Below are positions 20,173 through 29,048 of a stretch of 64,000 nucleotides of DNA, one piece after another. The DNA lies in NCBI GenBank assembly GCA_041797745.1, contig JBHBZU010000024.1, positions 17,407 to 81,406 on the forward strand, given 5' to 3'. Numbering within the stretch: position 1 is the first letter of the stretch; the number at the start of each line of letters is the position of its first letter. This DNA is from Bacillota bacterium. GTDB lineage: Bacteria; Bacillota; Clostridia; Peptostreptococcales; Anaerovoracaceae. The notes below the pieces were generated by a model. The model did not search any database. It was not told the DNA's origin and saw only the letters and a program-made list of their open reading frames with translations. A program made the translations under genes and the position numbers.

Positions 20173-20211
20173 CGGTTTGAATTTTTTTTAAGGTGAAATA
20201 CTGCATGATAA

Positions 20212-20311
20212 GTGATATAATGACCCAAGTTACATAGTCATTTCATCATATCTTCATCTATAAATTATAATCAAAGATATGATATAATGACTGCTAAGTC
20301 AGTCATTATGT
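20212..20311 (+). repeat. Intergenic repeat family, locus A (modules X-spacer-Y)
   Basis: GTGATATAATGAC-CCAAGTTACATA-GTCATTTCATCATATCTTC, then the spacer ATCTATAAATTATAATCAAA, then GATATGATATAATGACTG-CTAAGT-CAGTCATTATGT. The same modules recur at 26.8, 28.8, 30.9, 35.2 and 38.3 kb. Confidence 0.85.
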
Positions 20312-20345
20312 AAAAATATAAAATTAAAGCTAAAGGACAGTTTTC

Positions 20346-21596
20346 ATGAAAGGAACTAAGGAGAAATTCAATTATTGTGTAAGATATGTGAGGGTTTTCT
20401 GTAAATGGCTCATTATTTCATTGGTGGTGGGAGCTATTGGCGGATTTGTAGGCTCTGTCTTTCATATGGCGGTAAGATACGCCACTGATTTTAGAATGGA
20501 AAACCCGATGTTGATATACCTTTTACCCTTAGGAGGCATATTTATTGCTGCTCTTTACGGCAGTTTCAAGGTTTCCGGAAAAGGAACCAACGATGTAATA
20601 GATTCCATCCACGATGGAGGAGATGTGCCGATTCTAATGGTTCCGGCTATATTTTTTGCCACAATTATCACCCATTGTTGCGGAGGTTCAGCAGGTAGAG
20701 AGGGAGCGGCGCTTCAAATAGGCGGAGGCATAGGAGGCTTTGTAGGCAAGACTTTTAAGCTGGACGAAAAGGAACAGAGATTGGCAATACTTTGCGGCAT
20801 GAGTGCGGTATTTGCGGCACTTTTCGGAACGCCTCTTACGGCGGCACTATTTCCGCTGGAGTTTGTTAGTGTTGGAGTTATCTACTATTCCGGTTTTTTG
20901 CCATGTATCTGCGCATCCCTTACGGCTTTTGAAATTTCCATCTTTCTTGGCTTACCCCCTACAAGATTTACCATCAATGCGGAGGTTCTGACTCCGGAAC
21001 TTATTATAAAGGTGGCTGTTTTGGCGGTGGGGGCTGCTATGGTTTCGATAATCTTTTGCCTTGCGATGAATGGCGGTGAAAAGCTGGCTAAAAAGATAGA
21101 AAACAGATATTTTAGAATAATCACAGGAGGCGTAGCGGTCATACTTTTGACTCTTTTGGCAGGGAATAACTGTTACAATGGTGCAGGTGGCGATATTATC
21201 AGTGTGGCAATTCAGGCAGGCGCTTGCCCTAAAGCAGCTTTCCTTTGGAAGATAGCTTTCACTGCCCTTACCCTATGCTTCGGTTACAAAGGGGGAGAAA
21301 TTGTCCCGACTTTCTTCATTGGCGCCTGCTTTGGCTGTGTGGCGGGACCGCTTCTCAATCTACCTGCGGGATTCGCGGCAGCTATGTCGCTGGCAGGAAT
21401 GTTCTGCGGTGCGGTGAATTGTCCGATTGCGTCAATCTTCTTGGGAGTGGAGCTCTTCGGTGCAGCCAATATGCCGTATATTGCAGTAATGTGCGGGGTT
21501 TCGTATATGCTTTCGGGATATTATGGTATCTACAAGAGCCAAAAAATCATATATTCAAAGACAAATGCAGAATATATAAACAGATTTACCAAGTAG
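20346..21596 (+). CDS. ClC family voltage-gated chloride channel / H+-Cl- exchanger homologue
   Basis: 416-aa polytopic protein with the ClC selectivity-filter-like blocks GSAGREGAALQIGG and GYKGGEIVPTFFIG. Confidence 0.8.
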   Translation: MKGTKEKFNYCVRYVRVFCKWLIISLVVGAIGGFVGSVFHMAVRYATDFRMENPMLIYLLPLGGIFIAALYGSFKVSGKGTNDVIDSIHDGGDVPILMVPAIFFATIITHCCGGSAGREGAALQIGGGIGGFVGKTFKLDEKEQRLAILCGMSAVFAALFGTPLTAALFPLEFVSVGVIYYSGFLPCICASLTAFEISIFLGLPPTRFTINAEVLTPELIIKVAVLAVGAAMVSIIFCLAMNGGEKLAKKIENRYFRIITGGVAVILLTLLAGNNCYNGAGGDIISVAIQAGACPKAAFLWKIAFTALTLCFGYKGGEIVPTFFIGACFGCVAGPLLNLPAGFAAAMSLAGMFCGAVNCPIASIFLGVELFGAANMPYIAVMCGVSYMLSGYYGIYKSQKIIYSKTNAEYINRFTK

Positions 21597-21681
21597 GTTG
21601 AACTTTCAAGGTTACATAATTAAGTTGCGAGGAAGCAAATTGAATATAGGCTACAATCAGGCGGACTAAATAAAACGAAAT

Positions 21682-21864
21682 AAAACTAATCATAGATGTA
21701 TTTGTGAACCTTGCCTAAAGATGATGTTAATTAAATTCGAATGGAAGTTTTAGCGGCTCACGATTAACTAAAGGATGAACTGAATAAAACCAATCATAGC
21801 TGAATTTGTGAACCTTGCCTAAAGATGATGTTAATTAAATACAGATGGAAGTTTTAGCGGTTCG
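21682..21864 (+). repeat. Tandem direct repeat, 2 copies, 104-bp period
   Basis: The 79-nt cores at 21682-21760 and 21786-21864 differ at 8 positions by manual alignment. The flanking (G/A)GTGAACTGAA(T/A)AAAA motif also recurs. Confidence 0.9.
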
Positions 21865-21918
21865 TCTTAGCTACAAGTAAATCAGGTGAACTGAAAAAAT
21901 ATGGTATTGCATAGAAAT

Positions 21919-21947
21919 TTGCAAAATTTTATATATCAGTGTATAAT
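21919..21947 (+). promoter_or_regulatory. Probable sigma-A promoter of the NhaC-family gene
   Basis: TTGCAA (21919-21924), 17 nt, TATAAT (21942-21947). It lies downstream of the tandem repeat. Confidence 0.55.
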
Positions 21948-22035
21948 CCCTATTGCACAAAGATATTTTAATATTGATATTAAAAAAACTGATATCAGAT
22001 AAATAAAAAATAAAATAAAGGAGATAAAGTCAATT

Positions 22036-23373
22036 ATGGACAAGAAAAGTAAGGGCAACCCAATAGCCCTTTTGCCTATAGGTGTATTTTTAATCTTATA
22101 TTTGGGGTTGGGTATTCTTTTTGAATACGGAATGAAGATAGAGATGGGATTTTACAATATTCCTATCGTTGTAGTATTTCTCATTGCACTGCTGGTGGCG
22201 TGCATGCAGAACAAAAATTTAGGTTTTGACGAAAAGCTCAAAATTATGGGGACAGGAATCGGTGATAAAAATATTGTTATCATGATTTTAATTTTCCTTG
22301 AGGCAGGTATGTTTGTAGGAGTAGTGGGCAGAGGCAGTGCTCAAAGCGTAGCCTACTTCATGCTGTCCGTCATTCCTCCGCAATTTGCTGTAGCGGTGCT
22401 CTTCGTAGTAGCTTGTCTGGTATCCGTGTCAATGGGTACTTCTGTAGGAACAATTACCTTAATTACACCGATAGGAGTGGCTGTTGCTGCGACATCAGGC
22501 TTTTCCATGCCGCTTTGTATCGCTTCGGTAGTTGGTGGCGCTATGTTCGGCGACAATCTTTCTTTCATTTCAGATACAACAATAGCAGCCTGTAACGGCC
22601 AGGGTTGTGACATGAGAGACAAGTTCAAGGAAAACTTTGCCATCGCCTTGCCGGCTGCAATCGTAGCACTGATGATTATTTTGGCAGTTTCCATGTCAAA
22701 GGCTCCTGAAATGCTGTCAATACCTGAATATAATTTGATTCAGATTATCCCTTATATCGTAGTGCTTTTAGGTGGAATCATAGGAATCAACGTATTTATA
22801 GTGCTTTTAACCGGTATTCTGACCGGTGCTATGATTATGCTGGCAACAGGTGCTATTGCAGGAACTGAACTTCTTTCGAACATGGGTTCAGGTGCTACAG
22901 GTATGTTTGAAACTACCATGGTAGCTATTTTGGTATCTGCAATCTGCGCGCTCATCAGAGAACATGGCGGTATGGATGCACTGTTGAACGGTCTTTACAA
23001 TATGTTCCGCGGCAAACGCGGCGGACTTTTTGGCATGGGAGTTTTAGTAGCCCTGCTGGACATTGCAACAGCTAACAATACAGTGGCCATTGTAATGGCT
23101 AACCCTATTGCTAAAGAAATGGCGGAGTCTTATGAAATCAGCCCAAGGAGAGCGGCGTCCATTCTCGACACTTTTTCTTGTGTTGTGCAGGGGATAATTC
23201 CTTACGGTGCTCAAATGCTGGTGGCAATTTCTGCGGCGGCGGAAATGGGATATAATGTGTCTGCATTTCAGATTATTCCACTGCTGTTCTATCCTATGCT
23301 CCTGTTGGTAAGCTCTTTGATTTTCATTGTGCTTTTTCCGGACAGAGACAAAAAACATTTGGAACAGAGATAG
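22036..23373 (+). CDS. nhaC: Na+/H+ antiporter, NhaC family
   Basis: 445-aa polytopic protein whose layout and conserved blocks (GTSVGTI, FGDNLSFISDTT) fit the NhaC family. RBS is AAAGGAGA. Confidence 0.75.
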   Translation: MDKKSKGNPIALLPIGVFLILYLGLGILFEYGMKIEMGFYNIPIVVVFLIALLVACMQNKNLGFDEKLKIMGTGIGDKNIVIMILIFLEAGMFVGVVGRGSAQSVAYFMLSVIPPQFAVAVLFVVACLVSVSMGTSVGTITLITPIGVAVAATSGFSMPLCIASVVGGAMFGDNLSFISDTTIAACNGQGCDMRDKFKENFAIALPAAIVALMIILAVSMSKAPEMLSIPEYNLIQIIPYIVVLLGGIIGINVFIVLLTGILTGAMIMLATGAIAGTELLSNMGSGATGMFETTMVAILVSAICALIREHGGMDALLNGLYNMFRGKRGGLFGMGVLVALLDIATANNTVAIVMANPIAKEMAESYEISPRRAASILDTFSCVVQGIIPYGAQMLVAISAAAEMGYNVSAFQIIPLLFYPMLLLVSSLIFIVLFPDRDKKHLEQR

Positions 23374-23440
23374 AATATAGATGGAACATAGATAGTGAAA
23401 GCTTTAATATTGAAGTTTTAAATTAGATAAAGATAACCAA

Positions 23441-23500
23441 ACTCCTGAACAGGTATATGCTTAATTTTAATCATATGCAGGTTCAGGGGTTTCTATTATT
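23441..23500 (+). terminator. Probable terminator of the nhaC-family gene
   Basis: ACTCCTGAAC ... GTTCAGGGGT is a 10-bp outer stem with one G-T pair, plus inner CATAT pairing, followed by TTCTATTATT. The T tract is weak. Confidence 0.45.
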
Positions 23501-23802
23501 AGGGCATATATAATTTTTGTAAAATCCTTAGGAGAGCAAAAAAGTTGGTTTATAGGACAAAAAGTGCTATAAAAATTCAAAAATTATATATGCTATAAAA
23601 TCTTTTGTGGTACCTCCAGTTTAAGAGTGTATTACTACTATTATTATTGTTTTTACTGCTATTGTGGGGACATTTGATATTAACATAAAAAGTATGCCTC
23701 ACAGAGCTGCTTTTAATATAAATTTTATGGCTGCCGCTTTGGTACTAATTTTAAAACCACTGCCTTTAAACTAATTTGCGTACTCATTTTGTTACCGCCA
23801 CT

Positions 23803-23844
23803 TTGGCACTCAACTATTGACAGTGCTAACAAAAGTAGTATAAT
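23803..23844 (+). promoter_or_regulatory. CIRCE (HrcA operator) overlapping the htpG promoter
   Basis: TTGGCACTC-N9-CAGTGCTAA (23803-23829) has two mismatches to the consensus TTAGCACTC-N9-GAGTGCTAA. TTGACA (23817-23822), 16 nt, TATAAT (23839-23844). Confidence 0.75.
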
Positions 23845-23889
23845 TATTATGTCACAGAAAAACTAAAATATTTAGGAGGCAGGATATAA

Positions 23890-25800
23890 ATGAAAAAGAA
23901 ACAATTTAAGGCAGAATCCAAGAAACTTTTGGATATGATGATAAATTCCATCTATACTCACAAGGAGATTTTTTTAAGAGAAATTATTTCAAATGCCAGT
24001 GACGCGATGGATAAACTTTACTATCAGGAGCTTACTGAAAAAAAGACAGGACTTCACAGGGAAGATTTTAAAATTCACATTGCTGTTGATAAGGACGCGC
24101 GCACCATTACCGTTTCGGATAACGGTATCGGTATGAGCGAAGAGGAACTGGAAACCAACTTGGGAGTTATTGCCAAGAGCGGCTCCTTTGACTTTAAAAA
24201 AGACATGGCGAGCAATGAAGAAAAACCCTCTGAGGAAGATGAAATCAACATTATCGGTCAGTTCGGAGTAGGCTTTTATTCAGCCTTTATGGTAAGTGAC
24301 CAAGTAAAAGTAATTACTAAAAAATTTGGCAGTGAAGAAGCTTTTGAGTGGACTTCCGGCGGAGCAGAGGGCTATACTATTCAGCCGACTGCAAAAAACG
24401 GACACGGTACAGACGTGGTTATTCATATTAAAGAGGATACGGAAGAAGAAAAATATAGCGAATATTTGCAGCAGTACAGAATACGAAGTCTTATCAAAAA
24501 GTACTCCGACTATATTGCCTATCCTATCCTTATGAACGTTGAGACGGAAAAACCGGTAGGAGAATTTAAGGAGGGAGAGGAACCGAAGTTTGAAACTGTG
24601 GTTGAAGAGCGCACCTTAAACAGCATGGTTCCTATTTGGAAAAAGAATAAGTCCGAGCTTAAGGATGAAGACTATAACACATATTACAAAGAAAGATTTT
24701 ATGATTATAAGGACCCTGTCAGCCATATTCACACTAAGGTAGAGGGTCAGGTGTCCTATGACGCCCTTTTATTTTTACCGAGCAGAGCACCCCATGATTA
24801 TTACACTAAAGAATTTCAGAGAGGTTTAGCTCTCTACACCAATGGTGTACTGATTATGGAAAAGTGCGAGGATTTACTGCCTGAATACTTCGGATTTATG
24901 AAAGGAGTAGTGGATAGCGCAGACCTTTCACTTAATATTTCAAGAGAAATGCTCCAGCACGACAGACAGCTGAAACTCATTGAAAAAAATCTGGAAAAGA
25001 AAATTAGCGCGGAGCTTAAAAAATTACAGGACAGCCACCGCGAAAAATACATGGAATTTTTCAAGGAATTTGGGGTTCAACTGAAATTCGGCGTATATGA
25101 CAATTACGGAATGAATAAAGAAAAACTGCAAGATTTATTAGTTTATCCAACATCCTTTGATGAAAAGAAATTTTCCACGCTTAAAGAATATGTTCTTAGA
25201 ATGAATGAAGAACAGGATAAGATTTATTATGCCTGCGGAGAAACTATTGATAAGATTAAGGCGTTGCCACAGGTTGAAGCTGCTCTTGCAAAGGGATATG
25301 AAATTGTCTATATGACAGAAAATGTGGATGAATTTACAGTTCAAATGATGATGGGCTATGAGCAGAAAAATTTTGTGAACGTTTGCGGTGCTGATTTTGA
25401 CGTTTCCACAGATGAAGAAAAGGAAGCTATACGCAAGCAGAATGAGGACGCCAAAGATATCTTAAAGATTATGAAAGAGGCTTTAGGGGAAAACGTAAAT
25501 GATGTAAGGTTTACAAATAAATTAGCTAAATACCCAGTTTCTCTTGCCAGCGAGGGAGGTCTTTCCATCGAAATGGCAAAGACTTTAAACGCTATGCCTA
25601 CGGGTGAAAAAGTGAAAGCCGATTTGGTTCTTGAAATAAATGCAGACCATAAGGTCGCGGAGCGAATAAAAGAAATAGCTTCAGACGAGAAGAAACTTGG
25701 CGAATATGCTATAATATTGTATGATATGGCTAGAATTATTTCAGGATTGTCTGTTGAAGATCCTGCAAAGCTAAGCGAGCTGGTTTGCCAGCTCATGTAG
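23890..25800 (+). CDS. htpG: Molecular chaperone HtpG (Hsp90)
   Basis: 636 aa. N-terminal GHKL ATPase signature LREIISNASDAMDKL and IGQFGVGFYS. Full-length Hsp90 architecture. Confidence 0.95.
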   Translation: MKKKQFKAESKKLLDMMINSIYTHKEIFLREIISNASDAMDKLYYQELTEKKTGLHREDFKIHIAVDKDARTITVSDNGIGMSEEELETNLGVIAKSGSFDFKKDMASNEEKPSEEDEINIIGQFGVGFYSAFMVSDQVKVITKKFGSEEAFEWTSGGAEGYTIQPTAKNGHGTDVVIHIKEDTEEEKYSEYLQQYRIRSLIKKYSDYIAYPILMNVETEKPVGEFKEGEEPKFETVVEERTLNSMVPIWKKNKSELKDEDYNTYYKERFYDYKDPVSHIHTKVEGQVSYDALLFLPSRAPHDYYTKEFQRGLALYTNGVLIMEKCEDLLPEYFGFMKGVVDSADLSLNISREMLQHDRQLKLIEKNLEKKISAELKKLQDSHREKYMEFFKEFGVQLKFGVYDNYGMNKEKLQDLLVYPTSFDEKKFSTLKEYVLRMNEEQDKIYYACGETIDKIKALPQVEAALAKGYEIVYMTENVDEFTVQMMMGYEQKNFVNVCGADFDVSTDEEKEAIRKQNEDAKDILKIMKEALGENVNDVRFTNKLAKYPVSLASEGGLSIEMAKTLNAMPTGEKVKADLVLEINADHKVAERIKEIASDEKKLGEYAIILYDMARIISGLSVEDPAKLSELVCQLM

Positions 25801-25862
25801 GAGGCTGATTATAGTCGGCTGACTGTAGCCGTGGCTGGATATAACAACGCAAGGAGAACTTT

Positions 25863-26687
25863 ATGGGTGATGCGATTTTAAACAAATATATATATAACCA
25901 AGAACTGATGGATGTGGCTACTTTCGACGAAAAGTATAAAGCTGTTAACCCCTCTGCCTATGAGGTTATCCGAATAATGAGAGGAGAGCCTCTGTTCCTT
26001 GGTGAGCATTATGAAAGACTGGTAAATACAGCAAAGACTGTTGGTGCCGAGCTTCCTGCTACTTTAGAACAGCTTCGCGGTTTACTTTGCGATTTGGCAA
26101 AGTCTAATAATGTTGAAAATCACAATGCGAAGATAGTCTTAAATGATATATCGGAGGGAGTTTTCAAGAACTTCTATATCTTCATGCTTCACACTTCTTA
26201 TCCTACAGATGAGATGTATGAAAACGGGGTTAAAACTGCTTTCTTTGAGGCTGTTAGAAGCAATCCAAATGCAAAAATCATAGATCAGGAACTTCGTGAC
26301 AGAGAAAATCGCTTTATCGAGGAAAAAGGCATTTTTGAAGCTATTTTGGTAAATGACTCAAATCAAATTACGGAGGGCAGCCGTTCCAACATCTTCTTCA
26401 TAAAAGGGAGAGAAATTTACACGGCGCCGGCTAAGGATGTACTTTTAGGAGTTACGCGCCAAAGGGTTATAAGAGTTTGCAAGGAGCATGGAATTAATAT
26501 TCATGAGGAAATTATTGAACGCAAAACTTCTGTGGATTTTGAGGCAGCCTTTATCAGTGGAACCTCACCTAAGGTGCTTCCAATTTCTTGCATAGGTGGG
26601 CAAAAGCTGGATGTAAATAATGAAACTTTAAGGGCAGCTATGAAGTTTTACGATGAAGAAATTGAAAAATCTTTATGTAAAATTTAA
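25863..26687 (+). CDS. Class IV (fold type IV) PLP aminotransferase / aminodeoxychorismate-lyase-like protein
   Basis: 274 aa. Family-typical blocks are EGSRSNIFFIKG and GVTRQ. Substrate specificity cannot be assigned from sequence. Confidence 0.65.
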   Translation: MGDAILNKYIYNQELMDVATFDEKYKAVNPSAYEVIRIMRGEPLFLGEHYERLVNTAKTVGAELPATLEQLRGLLCDLAKSNNVENHNAKIVLNDISEGVFKNFYIFMLHTSYPTDEMYENGVKTAFFEAVRSNPNAKIIDQELRDRENRFIEEKGIFEAILVNDSNQITEGSRSNIFFIKGREIYTAPAKDVLLGVTRQRVIRVCKEHGINIHEEIIERKTSVDFEAAFISGTSPKVLPISCIGGQKLDVNNETLRAAMKFYDEEIEKSLCKI

Positions 26688-26796
26688 TTGCCATGTGTCA
26701 AAGCAAAGACACGGCAAGGCTGAACAGGTTAAAATTGTAAATTTAGAAAATTTATATACTGTATCTTTTAGTATATAAGTAGCATAGGAAAATATA

Positions 26797-26899
26797 GTGA
26801 AATGACTTTGGGAAATGGGGTCGTTATACCATATTTACTATATTTTCATATGAAGATATGGTGAAATAGCTATACAAAATGGGGCTATTATAGCATAAG
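26797..26899 (-). repeat. Intergenic repeat family, locus F (two X modules, inverted orientation)
   Basis: The reverse complements read ATATGGTATAACGACCCCATTTCCCAAAGTCATTTCAC and CTTATGCTATAATAGCCCCATTTTGTATAGCTATTTCACCATATCTTC. These are X modules pointing the opposite way to every other locus. Confidence 0.8.
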
Positions 26900-26910
26900 T
26901 TACTGACACT

Positions 26911-26965
26911 AAAAAATAGAATCGCTGTAACCACTTATTCACAATGGTTACAGCGATTTTTATTA
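26911..26965. terminator. Bidirectional rho-independent terminator (aminotransferase / GH26 convergent pair)
   Basis: AATCGCTGTAACC (26920-26932) pairs with GGTTACAGCGATT (26946-26958), a perfect 13-bp stem. It is flanked by AAAAAATAG upstream and TTTTTATT downstream. Confidence 0.85.
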
Positions 26966-26970
26966 AGCTG

Positions 26971-28647
26971 TTATTTACTTTTGGATGTTCCTTTATCCGT
27001 ATTGTTTCCATTTTCCTGCGGTTTTCCGAGGTAATTGGCGAACACGTCCATCACTTCAATCGGGTCGCTTATGTAGTAAGACCTTGCAATATTGCCGTCG
27101 GAGTCAAAATCTGCACCGTCCCACCAAACCGCAACCTTGATTCGATTGTAACCCTTGATGTAATAGAACATATTCTTCACCCAAGAAACTTTATTGCCGC
27201 CGTAACTTGCGCTGGCAAACTCGGTAATCATAAAGGGCTGATTATAAAGGGCTGAAGCTTTGGCATATACATCGTAGAAACAGGTATTAAAGGACTGCCA
27301 TGTTTCATTTTTGTAATAGGAACCGGTGTTGTATTTTGTGAGCCCCACTACGTCTACATATTCATCTCCGGGGTAGTAACGACGCTGGTCGTTCCAGTGG
27401 TAGTCGGGATAGGATTTACCGTTGGGGTTCCACACCCATATGGTGTTGCGGTTGGCACCTTGAGCTTCAAAGACAGAGTAGATGTATCGGTAGACGCTTT
27501 TGTAAATTTCAGTGTCTCTGGAAGTATGGTAAGCGGAATAACTGCACCAGTCTCCGTTCATTTCGTTGAAAGGTCTGAAAAGTATCGGGTGACCGAAGTC
27601 TGAAATCATTTTGGCATAATCATTTAAAAATTTGTCATAGTCGCCGTTCAATATGCCGTACATCATATTGCGCCCTGAATAAGAGAGAGGCGGTTGCAGC
27701 GAAAGCTCCAGCGTACGACCCTCACTATGAGTACGTTCCAAAAGAGCCTTTTTCCGAATAAGATAAGGGTCGTCGTTTGGATGAATTTCGGTATAGTGAA
27801 GCAATATAGGGAATTTATAGCCGATTTTTTCTTCTTTATGTGAGAGGTCGCTCATGTCATATTCATATGCAGGATTAAAGGTACCCCAAAGGAGAGCCGA
27901 AGAGCTAGAGAAGCATTGCTGATAGAACTTGGCTGTTTCGGCGTTCCAGTTAGGTTTAGCAACATGATTTCCCTTTATGTCAAGTCCTTGTATTCTTGGT
28001 GTGAAGAAATAAAGGGAAGAGGGAATATCTATATATCCTCCGCATTCCGAGAAAGGCACATCGGAGGAGAAGAAAAAGTCATAAACTGTTGTGCCGGAAA
28101 CTAAAGTAACGCTGGCATAATAGTTGTTATCTTTTTCCATGCGAGCCAGCTTATTTCTCTGCCATTCTTTGATATAGGCGGTTTTACCGGCGATTGTGGT
28201 GGTGAATTGATTGGTCAGGCTGTGGTCTGTTGTGTTTTCTAAAAATTTATAGCCATAATTAAAAAAGCCTGCCGGAACGTCTATGGTGCTTTTGTAAATT
28301 TCAAGGTGACGGTGTTTATCCTCCAATACGGAGACAAGAGAACAGTGGCTCATGTCCACAGGCTGCATAGTGGTTGGAATAGTGATGGCATAGCCATGGG
28401 CACAATTCACAAATTTCAGGTTACCGTCGGGCTTCTTTTCAACCCAAAAGATTCCTTTGGCGGCAGCCTCAGTAATGCCTGCATTGGTAATGCCGTTGTA
28501 GGTGACAGTCTGCACAGTTTCGGCAGAAGTTACTTCGGAAGTGCTGTCGGCATAAGAGGCTGTTGCAAAAGTAAAATTCCAAGATAAAGCAGTAACAAGA
28601 GTTAAAGCAAAGGCAATAAACTTTTTTAAATTATTCTTTGAGTACAT
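26971..28647 (-). CDS. Secreted glycoside hydrolase, GH26-like (mannanase-type fold)
   Basis: Signal peptide (ATASYADS). The C-terminal catalytic domain has FRPFNEMNGDW and ITEFAS blocks resembling the GH26 acid/base and nucleophile regions. The ATG at 28647 (MYSKNN) follows TTGGAG and is preferred over the tracked TTG at 28659. Confidence 0.6.
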   Translation of the reverse strand: MYSKNNLKKFIAFALTLVTALSWNFTFATASYADSTSEVTSAETVQTVTYNGITNAGITEAAAKGIFWVEKKPDGNLKFVNCAHGYAITIPTTMQPVDMSHCSLVSVLEDKHRHLEIYKSTIDVPAGFFNYGYKFLENTTDHSLTNQFTTTIAGKTAYIKEWQRNKLARMEKDNNYYASVTLVSGTTVYDFFFSSDVPFSECGGYIDIPSSLYFFTPRIQGLDIKGNHVAKPNWNAETAKFYQQCFSSSSALLWGTFNPAYEYDMSDLSHKEEKIGYKFPILLHYTEIHPNDDPYLIRKKALLERTHSEGRTLELSLQPPLSYSGRNMMYGILNGDYDKFLNDYAKMISDFGHPILFRPFNEMNGDWCSYSAYHTSRDTEIYKSVYRYIYSVFEAQGANRNTIWVWNPNGKSYPDYHWNDQRRYYPGDEYVDVVGLTKYNTGSYYKNETWQSFNTCFYDVYAKASALYNQPFMITEFASASYGGNKVSWVKNMFYYIKGYNRIKVAVWWDGADFDSDGNIARSYYISDPIEVMDVFANYLGKPQENGNNTDKGTSKSK

Positions 28648-28796
28648 ATTTAGCTCCAATACAATTATAAAATATGTTAAAATCCCGAAATTTCAACATC
28701 TATAGACTTATATAAATATTAAGCTAAAAGGAATTTCCAGTCAAGAAAAATTCTGTTGCGGAAACTGCATATCTAAATTTTAAAATTATGATAAAA

Positions 28797-29016
28797 GATA
28801 TGATATAATGACTGCAAATGCAGTCATTATACAAAAATCATATAGCCGTGCGAATATTTTGCTTTCATAAACTTAAGCAAAAACGCACATGGCTGAATTA
28901 TATCATGTAAACATGATATAATGACCCCAAGTTACATAGTCATTTCATCATATCTTCCTATGTACCTTATATATTCAAAGATATGATATAATAGCCATAT
29001 AGCTAAATTAATATAC
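28797..29016 (+). repeat. Intergenic repeat family, locus B (modules Y-Z-W/X-spacer-degenerate X)
   Basis: Y is the 26-bp palindrome ATAATGACTGCA-AA-TGCAGTCATTAT (28805-28830). Z is a long hairpin (28833-28907). W is TTATATCATG-TAAA-CATGATATAA (28898-28921). An X hairpin follows to 28958, then a degenerate unit to 29016. Confidence 0.9.
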
Positions 29017-29048
29017 CGCTATATAGAGGGATTTTGAAAAGGGAACTT

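Noticed and set aside
21682-21864. Tandem riboswitch (glycine-like, lysine or cation-sensing) controlling the NhaC-family gene. Also considered: the mini-ORF MMLIKFEWKF / MMLIKYRWKF present in each unit.
   Set aside because: I found no match to any riboswitch core I can recall. The best promoter lies downstream of the repeats. The 10-codon ORFs have no Shine-Dalgarno sequence. I kept the region as an unexplained repeat in the findings rather than calling it an RNA or a peptide gene.
23696-23776. 26-codon ORF (MPHRAAFNINFMAAALVLILKPLPLN) in the long htpG upstream spacer.
   Set aside because: It has no Shine-Dalgarno sequence and is very short. There is no supporting signal, and it overlaps CIRCE-half-site-like repeats.
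28898-28921. Module W (TTATATCATG-TAAA-CATGATATAA) as a dif/Xer recombination site. The idea arose because ATCATGTAAAC resembles the XerD arm TTATGTAAACT of Firmicute dif.
   Set aside because: W is a symmetric palindrome with a 4-nt centre, not an 11-6-11 asymmetric site. It occurs at least three times within 10 kb, whereas a chromosome has one dif. The resemblance is limited to a short AT-rich stretch.
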